Assembly (NCBI GenBank): GCA_963665235.2
Contig: CAXXLX010000001.1
Location: 288,001 to 352,000 of the forward strand
Length of the DNA stretch: 64,000 nucleotides
DNA from: Candidatus Poribacteria bacterium
GTDB lineage: Bacteria; Poribacteria; WGA-4E; WGA-3G
Reading direction: 5' to 3'
The stretch's first letter is position 1, and each line of letters begins with the position of its first letter. The position numbers and the translations under genes were made by a program. Below the pieces are notes generated by a model. It ran no database searches and was not told the origin of the DNA. It saw only the letters and a list, made by a program, of their open reading frames with translations. This document shows positions 1 through 9,832 of the stretch, in pieces.

Positions 1-746
1 CGTAGCCGAAACCGAAAATCTCTATATTTTTTATGAAATTCCGAACTTCTCATCGTCTCTGTCCTATTTGTAACATTAAAGGTATAATCCTTGTAGAAAT
101 CGGCATCTATCCCCGCAAATTGACAGAGTGCAGAGAGCACTTCCGCTGGTTGTGTAGCAAGGTCTTCATAAAAGAGGATATGGAGCTGCGTTGGCGCGAA
201 TCGTTTAAAATAACGCGACAGATAACGAGCATAACATCCCTGCTCAAGGGCCCGGAAGTGCTGTTCGTTTCGGGAGTGTTCAACTTGACCTACACCATCT
301 ATCTTTTCCGGGGTTATCGCATCGAAAAGCATTTGACAGTACCCATCAAAATTAAGGTTTTGTGGCAATTTCCCTATCTGTTTTGCGAATCGGTACCACG
401 AAATTAATCGTGAAATCGGTTCGCGAAGACTAAAAACCAGTTTCGCGTGCGGTAAAAAGGTGGCGATTCTCTCAAGCGCGTGAGGACAGTAGAGATAATC
501 TGGTGTCGACTCCATACGCAGTTGGGTCTCCTCGGCGTTCGGAAATAGGACGTGATAAGTTTCCGCGTCATCTTTATACCGATATTTTGAGGGCAACGGA
601 TAATCGCTGCTGAGAAAAAAACGGGTCTCCTTGTAGGTAGCGGGACAAATCGCCGGATGGTCGGCAAGGTAAACGAAAAGTGAGGTCGTTGCCGCTTTCG
701 TAGTACCCCCTACAATGAGATAGTCATAATCCCCTATACTTTCCAT
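1..746 (-). CDS. PAPS-dependent sulfotransferase (partial, runs off the left edge; absent from the ORF track)
   Basis: Manual translation from ATG at 746: MESIGDYDYLIVGGTTKAATTSLFVYLADHP (5'-PSB loop), then KETRFF, ESTPDYL and LREPISRLISWY (3'-PB motif). Confidence 0.85.
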   Translation of the reverse strand, partial: MESIGDYDYLIVGGTTKAATTSLFVYLADHPAICPATYKETRFFLSSDYPLPSKYRYKDDAETYHVLFPNAEETQLRMESTPDYLYCPHALERIATFLPHAKLVFSLREPISRLISWYRFAKQIGKLPQNLNFDGYCQMLFDAITPEKIDGVGQVEHSRNEQHFRALEQGCYARYLSRYFKRFAPTQLHILFYEDLATQPAEVLSALCQFAGIDADFYKDYTFNVTNRTETMRSSEFHKKYRDFRFRL

Positions 747-778
747 TTGTGTTTCCTCTGACAAATAGCTTTAGCAAC

Positions 779-2122
779 CTAAATCCAAGAAACGCGCGTC
801 TTTCGGAGAAGATACGTCAGATTTCCAACAGCAAGGAGCGCAGTAACTGATGTCGCCATAGCAACCCCGAAGAGCCACAACGGACCTAGCAGTGCATAAG
901 CCACAATAACATTTAGAACAGCCATTGTCACCATATTCACGAACACGAGTCGGTACGCCTTTTGTGCATAGAGCCCCGCATTCAGCACGGGTATTAGACA
1001 CGAAAAGAGTAAACCAGTGCTAAGCCAAAAGAGGAGTTGTCCTATCACTTCAGTTGTGCCCTGTCCAAGGTGTCCGTACAGGAGCCCACAGATTTGCTTA
1101 TGAAATATTAGCAGAACAAGGGTTGTCGGAAATCCGAGGCAGATTGCGGTGCGTGCATTTCGCTTCAGTGTTTCTCCTAATTTCTGTTTATCGTTTGCAG
1201 CATCGTGCGTTGCAAGGTCTGGCAACCCTGTTGTCGCTATGCTGATACCGATGAGTGTCTGTAACGCGGAGAAGATCCGAAAGGCATAGTCATACCGTGC
1301 AATCGCACCTGTTCCGAGTTGTGCAACTATGTAGAGCTCAACCAGCAAGCGGTTCGCACCCTGCCGAATTGCGAATCCGAGGGTCGGTAACGTAACGGTA
1401 TCTTTCAAAGAACGTAGCACCTCCATAGAGATGCCTGTAAACTGATATCGGTGTCCCGTTCGATAAGTTCCGATGTACAACCAAGCAAAGTATGCAACAA
1501 AACCGCCTGTGTATGCCATGGCTATCCAATTTTGTAGGTTTTCTGTCCGCCATAGCAGCAAAAATGCTGCGGCTGCCATGCCCGCGGGGAGGGCATTGCG
1601 GAGCGCAACCGTTTTAAAATGCTGCCGACTGTTGAGGAATGCCCCAAGCACTGTACTACCACATCCGAAGATAAGCAGCGGTGCACAAAATCGCAACAGG
1701 GTCGACTCCATTTTCACGTTAAGTGTTGACTTCCCTAATAAACCTCCTGCTATCCAAGGCGCGAAAAACGTAATCAGGATAAAAACTCCAAAACCGATAG
1801 CAAGCAGAAGATTAAGGAGGCCATTGGTGAAACGCTGGTACGCTATGTCAGACATCTCCTTTTGGCGCATCACAAAGAGCGGCACAAGACTAAATTTGGC
1901 TCCTTCCCGGACAACGGTGTCAAATAGAAGGACAACTTTCAAGGCGGTCACGAGCGCATCCGCTGTCCAGCTATCCCCAAACCGCTTCGGAAGCAAGAAG
2001 GCACGGACTATAAGACTCAAAGCCATCCCTGCAAAGGTTATCACCATCACCCAAAACGTCTTGCGCTGCAAAAGTCTTTGAATCATGAGGCCTCCGCTCG
2101 CCGCTCGTAGTAGGGAAACCAT
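779..2122 (-). CDS. MurJ/MOP-family flippase-like membrane protein
   Basis: Many hydrophobic helices; 'FGDSWTADAL', 'LNSRQHF', 'GAIARYDYAFRI' resemble MurJ/MviN; lies in a glycan gene cluster. Confidence 0.75.
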   Translation of the reverse strand: MVSLLRAASGGLMIQRLLQRKTFWVMVITFAGMALSLIVRAFLLPKRFGDSWTADALVTALKVVLLFDTVVREGAKFSLVPLFVMRQKEMSDIAYQRFTNGLLNLLLAIGFGVFILITFFAPWIAGGLLGKSTLNVKMESTLLRFCAPLLIFGCGSTVLGAFLNSRQHFKTVALRNALPAGMAAAAFLLLWRTENLQNWIAMAYTGGFVAYFAWLYIGTYRTGHRYQFTGISMEVLRSLKDTVTLPTLGFAIRQGANRLLVELYIVAQLGTGAIARYDYAFRIFSALQTLIGISIATTGLPDLATHDAANDKQKLGETLKRNARTAICLGFPTTLVLLIFHKQICGLLYGHLGQGTTEVIGQLLFWLSTGLLFSCLIPVLNAGLYAQKAYRLVFVNMVTMAVLNVIVAYALLGPLWLFGVAMATSVTALLAVGNLTYLLRKTRVSWI

Positions 2123-2157
2123 TCATTGCCTGTCTATTGCGGAATGTCCCTACTATC

Positions 2158-3174
2158 TTACCAGCCTTCGGGCAGATTTTTTTCAATTTCAATCTCACTA
2201 AACACAGTTGCTGGACGCGGCCCGATAGATTTTGCCCACGCTGCCATTCTACTTAACCCTTCAGGAAGCGAAACCTGTGAGGTTGTTCCAAAAACCTTGT
2301 GGAACTTCTCATGTGTACAATAGGCATGCTTCACCTCGGCTCTCTCGCGAAGATGCTTTATGGGCACTTCCTTTCCCATCGCCTCCATGACTAAAGTTGC
2401 TAACGTTTTCACGGAGACATGTTTGTCGGAACCGAGGTTAAAAATCTCACATGCAGCTTCGGGTATATCTACGCAGCGGGCAATATGGGGCGCGACATCG
2501 GCTATATGCGTAAACGCACGGGTCTGTTCACCATCGCCGAAAATAATCAAAGGCTCATCTACCATAATTTTGTTCATGAAGATACCGATGACGTTTCGAT
2601 ATTTATCGCTAATGTTCTGCAGCTCTCCGTAGACATTATGCGGACGAAAAATGGTGTAATCCAAGTCAAATAGCCGTTTCGAAACGATAAGCTCCTGTTC
2701 AACCGCGTATTTCGCAATGCCGTACGAATCTTCAGGCATCGGCGTGAGCTCTTCATGCATCGGCAGTTGATTCTCGCCATAAACAGCAATAGAAGAGGTG
2801 AACACAAAACGCTTGACGTTGTAATTTACGGCAGCATTAATCAGATTGACACTTCCAATCAGATTATTTTGATAGTTAAATCGCTTGATAAAGTGGCTAA
2901 GTCCCTCCGCCGCATAAGCAGCGAGGTGATAGATATAATCAAATTGATATTGCTCACAGAGCTGATTTATCAACGATACATCAAGGATGCTGCCCTCAAC
3001 GAACGTTGCCGCGGGGTTGACGTTTTCTATAAACCCCCCACTTTTATCATCAAGCACAACAACTTTATGGGTGTCCTCACGAAGTAATTCGTTTACAACG
3101 TGGGCCCCCATAAAACCTGCACCCCCAGTAACCAATGAAGTTTTTAATATTTCCTTGCGGTTTGATAAGGACAT
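2158..3174 (-). CDS. NAD-dependent NDP-sugar epimerase/dehydratase (extended SDR)
   Basis: VTGGAGFMG Rossmann motif, HLAA, SSIAVYG, YGIAK (YxxxK), RPHNVYG. Confidence 0.93.
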   Translation of the reverse strand: MSLSNRKEILKTSLVTGGAGFMGAHVVNELLREDTHKVVVLDDKSGGFIENVNPAATFVEGSILDVSLINQLCEQYQFDYIYHLAAYAAEGLSHFIKRFNYQNNLIGSVNLINAAVNYNVKRFVFTSSIAVYGENQLPMHEELTPMPEDSYGIAKYAVEQELIVSKRLFDLDYTIFRPHNVYGELQNISDKYRNVIGIFMNKIMVDEPLIIFGDGEQTRAFTHIADVAPHIARCVDIPEAACEIFNLGSDKHVSVKTLATLVMEAMGKEVPIKHLRERAEVKHAYCTHEKFHKVFGTTSQVSLPEGLSRMAAWAKSIGPRPATVFSEIEIEKNLPEGW

Positions 3175-3707
3175 AAGTAAGAAAAAGGTCTCCTCCCATA
3201 TACCCAGCCCGGCACGTTGTTTGGGCTTACATATCTTTTATATTTCCTTGCGGAGATTTGATGGAAAATACACTCCCCATATATTCAACCCGGCACGGCG
3301 TTCGAGTTTCTATATTTCCTTGCGGTTTGATAAGGACATAAGTAAGAAAAAGGTCTCCTCCCATATATCCAGTCCAGCACGTTGTTTGGACTTACATATC
3401 TTTTATATTTCCTTGCGGAGATTTGATGGAAAATACACTCCCCATATATTCAACCCGGCACGGCGTTCGAGTTTCTATATTTCCTTGCGGTTTGATAAGG
3501 ACATAAGTAAGAAAAAGGTCTCCTCCCATATATCCAGTCCAGCACGTTGTTTGGACTTACATATCTTTTATATTTCCTTGCGGAGATTTGATGGAAAATA
3601 CACTCCCCATATATTCAACCCGGCACGGCGTTCGAGTTTCTATATTTCCTTGCGGTTTGATAAGGACATAAGTAAGAAAAAGGTCTCCTCCCATATATCC
3701 AGTCCAG
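3147..3707. repeat. 165-bp tandem repeat (~3.4 copies) made of two related subunits of 93 and 72 bp
   Basis: ATATTTCCTTGCGGTTTGATAAGG starts at 3147, 3312, 3477 and 3642; the related ATATTTCCTTGCGGAG lies 93 bp after each of the first three. Confidence 0.97.
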
Positions 3708-3717
3708 TTCAAATATT

Positions 3718-6441
3718 TCACTTCAGAACTACGAGACGTCTGGTTCGTTTGAAAGCTGGGGTTACCAATTCATAGATATAAACCCCACTTGCCACGGCTT
3801 CCCCAAATTCATTCCGACCATCCCAATAGGCGGCTCTGTTTCGGGTCATGTAATATCCCGCGGTCTGATGCCCAGAAAAAAGTGTTCGCACAATTTTGCC
3901 AGCTGTGTCATAGATACGGATTGTAATTTTAGCATCTACCTCGAGCTGATACGGTATCCAGGTCTCCGGATTAAATGGGTTCGGATAATTCGCATAAAGC
4001 TTCGTTTTTAGAGGCTCATTATCCAGCATCAACAGATTCCTTAAAAAATGTTTCACTAACCTTATTTGTGGCGTGTCGTCAGACAATTCTTCAATTTTTT
4101 CGTAAAAAGATTGGAGAATTGCAATATCCGCATCTGATAACGCGGAAACCTGAGCTGATAGCTGTGCCCGGGAAATCACGCCCACAGAAGACTTGGACAA
4201 GGGTGCCGCCCCCTTATTATGGTTTGTCTGAATAATATTAATAATGTAGGTAACATCATCTAAGTTTACCTGCCCATCCTTATTGGCATCGAATCTTGCT
4301 TCGGTAGGCGGCTCCTCCCCAAAGTGAGACACAACAACAAGCAAATCAAGTATATCTACCTGTCCATCTTTGTTGACATCCCCAGGAACGCGTGTTTGAA
4401 CACCAGCTTCAATGACGTGCAATACCTGGTTCACTGGCACATCTGTTAGTTTTTGAAGGATGCCGCTCGGCCAGTAGATGACCAACTCGCTGACCTTCTC
4501 ATTCTGTGCAAGCCCAAAATGGATACGTTTCTGATCTTGTTGTGCCCAATGGATACCGCCGCCGTTTTCTCGCAGTTGAGTTTTCCCATCAGGGGTTGTT
4601 GCAAAAAGCCTTGCACCGATACCGTCTCGGTTGGAGATAGTGCCCTCTAAATCAATCTGCAGCCAGTTATTCCCGCTTCCAACGTTGCGAAAAAGCTGAT
4701 CAGGGCCTTCGTTAAAGGGATACGCGCCTCTACCGTTGGTAACAAACAGATCAAGGTATCCATCCTTGTCGTAGTCAGCCATTGTGGCACTCTGTCCCTT
4801 ACCTTGTATGCTTCCCTCTGCACCACCGGCTCCCGCTAATTGGACGAAGGTGTCGTTATCCTGATTTTCATAAAGATGATTCGGAAGGTTTCCAGCACTA
4901 TTTGAACGAACGATATAGAGGTCAAGATCCATATCGTTATCAAAGTCTCCTGCAACGACAGAACGACCATCAGAAAATAGATTAGAGTCTGAATCGGATA
5001 GAGCGGAAACACTGAATCCCCGTCCAATATTCTTGACAGTATTGATTAACAGGATTGATTGTGGTCTGTAGGACAGATCGCCACTAGAAAAGTTAATAGG
5101 TGTGATATCTGTTATTGGCTCGGTAGCTTCTATAATACCCTCTAATCCGGTCCAGTTTGTCTGGATAGGTGGTCTGGTATGATATAGCACGGTCCATTTT
5201 TTCGTTTCTGTGTCGTAACCGATATACATTCCGTAGCGTTCGTTATTGGGGCGTTTCGCGAGTCCGGCAACCCTCGGATCTTCAGGGTTTAGAACAAATA
5301 TGAAAGAAGATACGTTCCGGATGGGATCCGTTTGGATAAATTCTCCACTAAACGTTGTCAAATCATGTCCTGCTTCTCCGATTTTTAGATGATAAAGGCG
5401 CGTTGCCCAAACCGAGTAAATTTCAAAATGCACCTCCCCCTCTGTCTTAAAACTGACTCCTTTTTCTCCCATATTAGTTTGTACATTGAGCGTCAGCTTG
5501 TGTGGGGTTTGTATATTAATATAGGAACGGTAGACAGCGCGCGCAAGAAAGATATCAGGATGCAGGTCCCCGTTGAAATCTGCGAAAGAAACATCTTGCA
5601 CACTGTGGCGTTTCGGAATATCTAGCAGTGCTGTTAATTCTTGAAAGGGGGTAACCGAAATATTGTATATTCTGCCCGGATAGGGACTAACATCGACAAT
5701 AAGGTCCAGGTTTCCATCTCCCGTTACATCCGAAAGCTGCGCTAATGAGGCATCCTTTTCAATTTGAAATCCAGAGCGGCTATTCGCAATTTCAAAACCG
5801 AATCCACTTTGCTCAAATAGAGAGGATGCTACCCAATTGCTGCTAGTGCCATCTACAGTAAGAGAGCTGCCTTCATCCCCGCAGCAGAGGGACGCTCCCA
5901 AATTGCCGGTTACATCTGGGCGGGCTCTGCCGGTGAGAATAAGATCAAGTTTTCCATCGCTATTCCAATCCAGCCAAAGGGGGGCTCTGCCGCGCAGAAG
6001 CGGAAAATCGATGCCTAGCTCAGCAGCGCGCTCCGTAAGAATACCGTTTTCATTTACATAGAAATGATTATTGTGTTTAGCGTTTGTCGGATTCGTACCG
6101 CCACCCCCTCCGGAGACAACAATCAAATCTTGGTCCCCATCATTATCAAAATCGGCCCACGCTACCCCATGTGTATCGGTGTCCGGATTCGCATCCCAAA
6201 CCTCGTCAATAATATCTGTAAACGTCCCATCGCGGTTGTTACGATACAAGCTAGGCTTATGCTTATGATTCGTAGCCCATAAATCGAGGTAGCCATCCCC
6301 ATCAAAATCTCCCCAAGCATTTCCCCAACTCTCACCGATACGCGTGATGCCTGCCTGCTGTGAAACTTCTTCAAATTGAATGTCACCCCACGCTATAGAT
6401 AGCAGGCAAAAAATAAACAATGACGTTATTAAAACTCGCAT
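3718..6441 (-). CDS. Secreted FG-GAP/VCBS-repeat protein with ASPIC/UnbV (CRTAC1-like), dockerin-like and C-terminal FlgD-Ig/sorting-like domains
   Basis: Signal peptide; repeated DFDGDGYLDL/DFDNDGDQDL motifs; SNRDGIGARL...RIHFGLA...IYWPSG; GDVNKDGQVDILDL; NYPNPFNPETWIPYQL. Confidence 0.88.
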   Translation of the reverse strand: MRVLITSLFIFCLLSIAWGDIQFEEVSQQAGITRIGESWGNAWGDFDGDGYLDLWATNHKHKPSLYRNNRDGTFTDIIDEVWDANPDTDTHGVAWADFDNDGDQDLIVVSGGGGGTNPTNAKHNNHFYVNENGILTERAAELGIDFPLLRGRAPLWLDWNSDGKLDLILTGRARPDVTGNLGASLCCGDEGSSLTVDGTSSNWVASSLFEQSGFGFEIANSRSGFQIEKDASLAQLSDVTGDGNLDLIVDVSPYPGRIYNISVTPFQELTALLDIPKRHSVQDVSFADFNGDLHPDIFLARAVYRSYINIQTPHKLTLNVQTNMGEKGVSFKTEGEVHFEIYSVWATRLYHLKIGEAGHDLTTFSGEFIQTDPIRNVSSFIFVLNPEDPRVAGLAKRPNNERYGMYIGYDTETKKWTVLYHTRPPIQTNWTGLEGIIEATEPITDITPINFSSGDLSYRPQSILLINTVKNIGRGFSVSALSDSDSNLFSDGRSVVAGDFDNDMDLDLYIVRSNSAGNLPNHLYENQDNDTFVQLAGAGGAEGSIQGKGQSATMADYDKDGYLDLFVTNGRGAYPFNEGPDQLFRNVGSGNNWLQIDLEGTISNRDGIGARLFATTPDGKTQLRENGGGIHWAQQDQKRIHFGLAQNEKVSELVIYWPSGILQKLTDVPVNQVLHVIEAGVQTRVPGDVNKDGQVDILDLLVVVSHFGEEPPTEARFDANKDGQVNLDDVTYIINIIQTNHNKGAAPLSKSSVGVISRAQLSAQVSALSDADIAILQSFYEKIEELSDDTPQIRLVKHFLRNLLMLDNEPLKTKLYANYPNPFNPETWIPYQLEVDAKITIRIYDTAGKIVRTLFSGHQTAGYYMTRNRAAYWDGRNEFGEAVASGVYIYELVTPAFKRTRRLVVLK

Positions 6442-6489
6442 TTTTCTCCTCGCCTAGAAAGATGTAGTACGACTTTGGCGTGATTTTCG

Positions 6490-8805
6490 TTACTTTTGAA
6501 TGAGCATTTTGCCAGTCGCCGTGAAATCCCCCGCTGTAAATGTATAGAAATAGACACCACTCGCTACAACCTCACCCAACCCATTCCGACCATCCCAATA
6601 TGCCGCACGTGACTTGCTTTGATATACACCCGCAGGCAAACGCCCCAACACCAATGTTTTTATGAGTTTTCCATCGGCAGCATGAATAGAAATGTTAACC
6701 TCTGCAGGCTCTGCTAACTGATACGGTATCCAAGTCTCAGGGTTAAAAGGATTTGGATAATTTGTTAGCAGAGCAGTTTCTTTTGGTGGCACTTCTACAT
6801 CAATCAAAACTGCTAAGAACTGCTCCAAAACAACTATTCCTCTTTGCATCTGTGGTTCTTGTCTATCAAGTTGCTTGGCAAGGCGTATCCATTGTGAGAG
6901 ATTCTCAACCGTGAGGTTAGATGTCTCAACTGAGTTTCTACTGAGTGTAGGAGCCGCTGCCGAACCTATCTCCGCAGCAATTAGAAGTAAGTCTATTATA
7001 TCCACAGTACCATCAAGGTTCACATCTGGATAGAGGTTTATCCGTGCAAGTTCCACCAAGTCAGAATCTTCCAAGTTGGATGCAGCCAAGACAAGATCTG
7101 CTATATCTACAACTCCATCACGGTTCACATCCGGAGGATTGGGAGGAGGATCTGCATAGTATTCCTCTAGATTTTCTATCAATGCTGCAATAGGAGAGTA
7201 ATCTAAAATTCTGTTGTCACGTAGGTCTAACACTTTAAGATTAACTAAACCACGGAGTGCAGATATATCTGATATATTGTTGCTACGTAGGTCTAACACT
7301 TCAAGATTAACTAAACCACGGAGTGCAGATATATCTGATATATTATTACCATCAAGGTCCAGTTCTGTCAGATTAACTAAACCACTAAGTGTAGACACAT
7401 CCGAAATCTGATTGTCGTCAAGATCCAGTTCCATCAATTTAGTTAAAGTAGTTAGAGGCGTCAAATTTGATATCTTGTTGTTGTGAAGGTCAAGTAGTTT
7501 CAAGTTTCTCAAGTTTTTGATTGGAGATATGTTTGTTATCTTGTTCCCATCAAGGTCTAGTTCTATCAGGTTTACAAGTCCGCCGATCGGTGATATATCA
7601 GAGATTTTATTACCATCAAGATCGAGTATTGTCAGTCTTTTTAAATTGCTAATTGCCGATATATCTGTTATCTGATTGTCATCAAGATCCAGTTCTGTCA
7701 GTCTTGTCAAGTTTCTAACTGGAGAAATATCTGTTATCTGATTGTCATCAAGATCTAACCAGGTTAAGTATGTCAAACCTTTAAGTGGAGACAAATCCGA
7801 TAATGGGTTGTCGTCAATATCTAAACGTCTCAGGGTTATCAAGTCTTTGAGCGGGGATACGTCTGATATCTTGTTGTCGGAAATATCCAGATATTTCATT
7901 TTTGTCAAGTTTTTGAGTGAAGATATATCCGAAACTTCGTTAGAGTCAAAGTCCAACAAAATTATTTCTGTCATAGTCTCAAGTGCGGACACTTCCTGTA
8001 TCCGATTGGATTGGAGATTTAGGTGTGTTAAGTTTATCAAACTTTTGAGCGAAGAGACATCCGATATCTGATTTAGTTTAAGATTCAGGTGGGTCAAATT
8101 TGTCAAAACTTCAAGTGGAGACACATCTACTAAATCGTTGTCGTAAAGATCCAGGTATTTTAAACTCATTAAAGGACGGAGTGAAAAGATGTCTGAAATT
8201 TTATTGCCCCGAAGATCAAGTTCAATCAATTTAGTTAAAGTCCTGAGTGGAGATACATCATATACACGGTTGCTTCTAAGATTTAGAAATGTCAAGTTTA
8301 TCAGGTTTTTGAGTGGGGAGATATCAGACAATAGAGGATTACGACCAAGATCAAGGTATGTCAAGTTTGTCAAGTTTTTGAGCGGGGAGACATTGGAAAT
8401 CTTATTACGATCAAGATATAGCACTGTTAGATTTGTAGCAAACTCAAGACCGGTTAGATCTCTAATATTTGATACAAATATATCGTTATCATCCAAACAT
8501 ATCCACCTTTCTTTCCACCAAGCTCCATTCTCAGTCCAAGGTATAAAACGGCATCTACTGGCTTGAAGTGATTGCAAACTAGCTAAATCTACCTGAGTAA
8601 TGTTTTCACTGGCCTCTTTATCTAATGCAAGTTTGAGAGCATCACGAAGATTAGGATCCGGAATGTGGACAATCTGTGCAGTTGCTATCCGGTGCGGTAT
8701 GAAAAAGAACGCGTATGTGACGAGAATTAGGATGACGACGGCAATTCCTGAGGTTTGCCTTAAGAACGGTAAGGGTGTTGATTCAGGATCTATCAAAAGT
8801 TTCAA
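6490..8805 (-). CDS. Internalin-like leucine-rich-repeat protein with dockerin-like and FlgD-Ig/sorting-like C-terminus
   Basis: About 19-20 22-aa LRRs (LxxLxLxxNxIxDxSPL); IPDPNLR cap; DVNRDGVVDIADL; NYPNPFNPETWIPYQL. Confidence 0.92.
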   Translation of the reverse strand: MKLLIDPESTPLPFLRQTSGIAVVILILVTYAFFFIPHRIATAQIVHIPDPNLRDALKLALDKEASENITQVDLASLQSLQASRCRFIPWTENGAWWKERWICLDDNDIFVSNIRDLTGLEFATNLTVLYLDRNKISNVSPLKNLTNLTYLDLGRNPLLSDISPLKNLINLTFLNLRSNRVYDVSPLRTLTKLIELDLRGNKISDIFSLRPLMSLKYLDLYDNDLVDVSPLEVLTNLTHLNLKLNQISDVSSLKSLINLTHLNLQSNRIQEVSALETMTEIILLDFDSNEVSDISSLKNLTKMKYLDISDNKISDVSPLKDLITLRRLDIDDNPLSDLSPLKGLTYLTWLDLDDNQITDISPVRNLTRLTELDLDDNQITDISAISNLKRLTILDLDGNKISDISPIGGLVNLIELDLDGNKITNISPIKNLRNLKLLDLHNNKISNLTPLTTLTKLMELDLDDNQISDVSTLSGLVNLTELDLDGNNISDISALRGLVNLEVLDLRSNNISDISALRGLVNLKVLDLRDNRILDYSPIAALIENLEEYYADPPPNPPDVNRDGVVDIADLVLAASNLEDSDLVELARINLYPDVNLDGTVDIIDLLLIAAEIGSAAAPTLSRNSVETSNLTVENLSQWIRLAKQLDRQEPQMQRGIVVLEQFLAVLIDVEVPPKETALLTNYPNPFNPETWIPYQLAEPAEVNISIHAADGKLIKTLVLGRLPAGVYQSKSRAAYWDGRNGLGEVVASGVYFYTFTAGDFTATGKMLIQK

Positions 8806-8968
8806 GAAATTTTACTCCTTAATAAGCAATAGCGGAAATTGAGAAGAAAGATAAAGCAAATGTGTCTATTTGCTACCTTTCAATCTCCAATATTCCACTT
8901 GACACATCCAATTGGTTACTTCAGAAACTTAGACTTCACTGAAGCAATTTTAGTCGGTTATTCGAGTT

Positions 8969-9631
8969 TTAATTTGTCATGTTTTGTGAGCCAGGGGTTG
9001 CTTGTACAACCTGAAAATCGCCCGTGCCATCCGGCAAGCGTCCGAAAGCAGCGTCCGTTTCTTGCTCCCCAAATGTAATGCTATCCAGCACTTGATTGCC
9101 GTTCGCATCGGTATCCACGAGTAGGACGAGTTCACCACTTCTAGACAGCTTGAAGTTGGCATGCAGCCCTTCAGTCGCATTTTCGTCATTATGATCTTCA
9201 TCCAACCACACAATTAAATATCCGTTTGCAGGAATGCTGGTATTCTCCGGAAATTCCCACTTGGTAGGATTATCTTCTTTGTCCGAAAGATACATCCCTG
9301 TAAGCGTTATCGGGCTACCAGTGCGGTTGTGCAACTCAAGCCAGTCATCATAGTCCCCCTGTGGGTCAGCAAGAATATTGTCGTTATCTGCCATCAGTTC
9401 GTTAATAACAACAGAGGGCCCTTCCATATCCGGAGGGGTCGCATCCCCACCCCCCGTATCCGGCGGCATCGCATCTCCTCCTCCCGTATCCGGCGGCATC
9501 GTATCCCCACCCCCCGTATCCGGCGGCATCATGTCTTTCGGATCTACGATTTCACGTTCGCAGGATACAAAGGTAATACACCCAATTAAAATTGAAACAA
9601 AAACTAAAAATATCTGGAATTTTGGCACCAT
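8969..9631 (-). CDS. Lipoprotein with lamin-tail domain and MPPDTGGGD linker repeats
   Basis: Lipobox-like FVSC; VVINELMADN...DWLELHN...LTGMYLSD...TPG pattern of LTD domains. Confidence 0.8.
   Translation of the reverse strand: MVPKFQIFLVFVSILIGCITFVSCEREIVDPKDMMPPDTGGGDTMPPDTGGGDAMPPDTGGGDATPPDMEGPSVVINELMADNDNILADPQGDYDDWLELHNRTGSPITLTGMYLSDKEDNPTKWEFPENTSIPANGYLIVWLDEDHNDENATEGLHANFKLSRSGELVLLVDTDANGNQVLDSITFGEQETDAAFGRLPDGTGDFQVVQATPGSQNMTN
9436..9530. repeat. 30-bp coding tandem repeat (3 copies)
   Basis: CCCGTATCCGGCGGCAT recurs every 30 bp and encodes MPPDTGGGD(T/A). Confidence 0.9.
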
Positions 9632-9832
9632 GAATGCTCCTTATTTTAAATTATTAAATTGTAAACTAAGATGTTGACGAAGAGGTCTAAATCTATCCAC
9701 CAGGCTTTAAAATAGGCGTGCTCTCCCGAGCACGATATTCACCTTAGCAGAGCCTCTCAAGTTAATGATAACACATTTAGCCTTAATTTGTCAAAAAAAT
9801 CAGCATCCAAAAACATTTTTAACGGTGTTACC

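Noticed and set aside
3147-3707. CRISPR array
   Set aside because: The sequences between the short shared motifs are themselves repeated rather than unique spacers; no cas genes in the window
2987-3775. 262-aa plus-strand ORF with 55-aa repeats
   Set aside because: It stays open only because the 165-bp unit is a multiple of 3; it overlaps two real minus-strand genes and has no clear RBS
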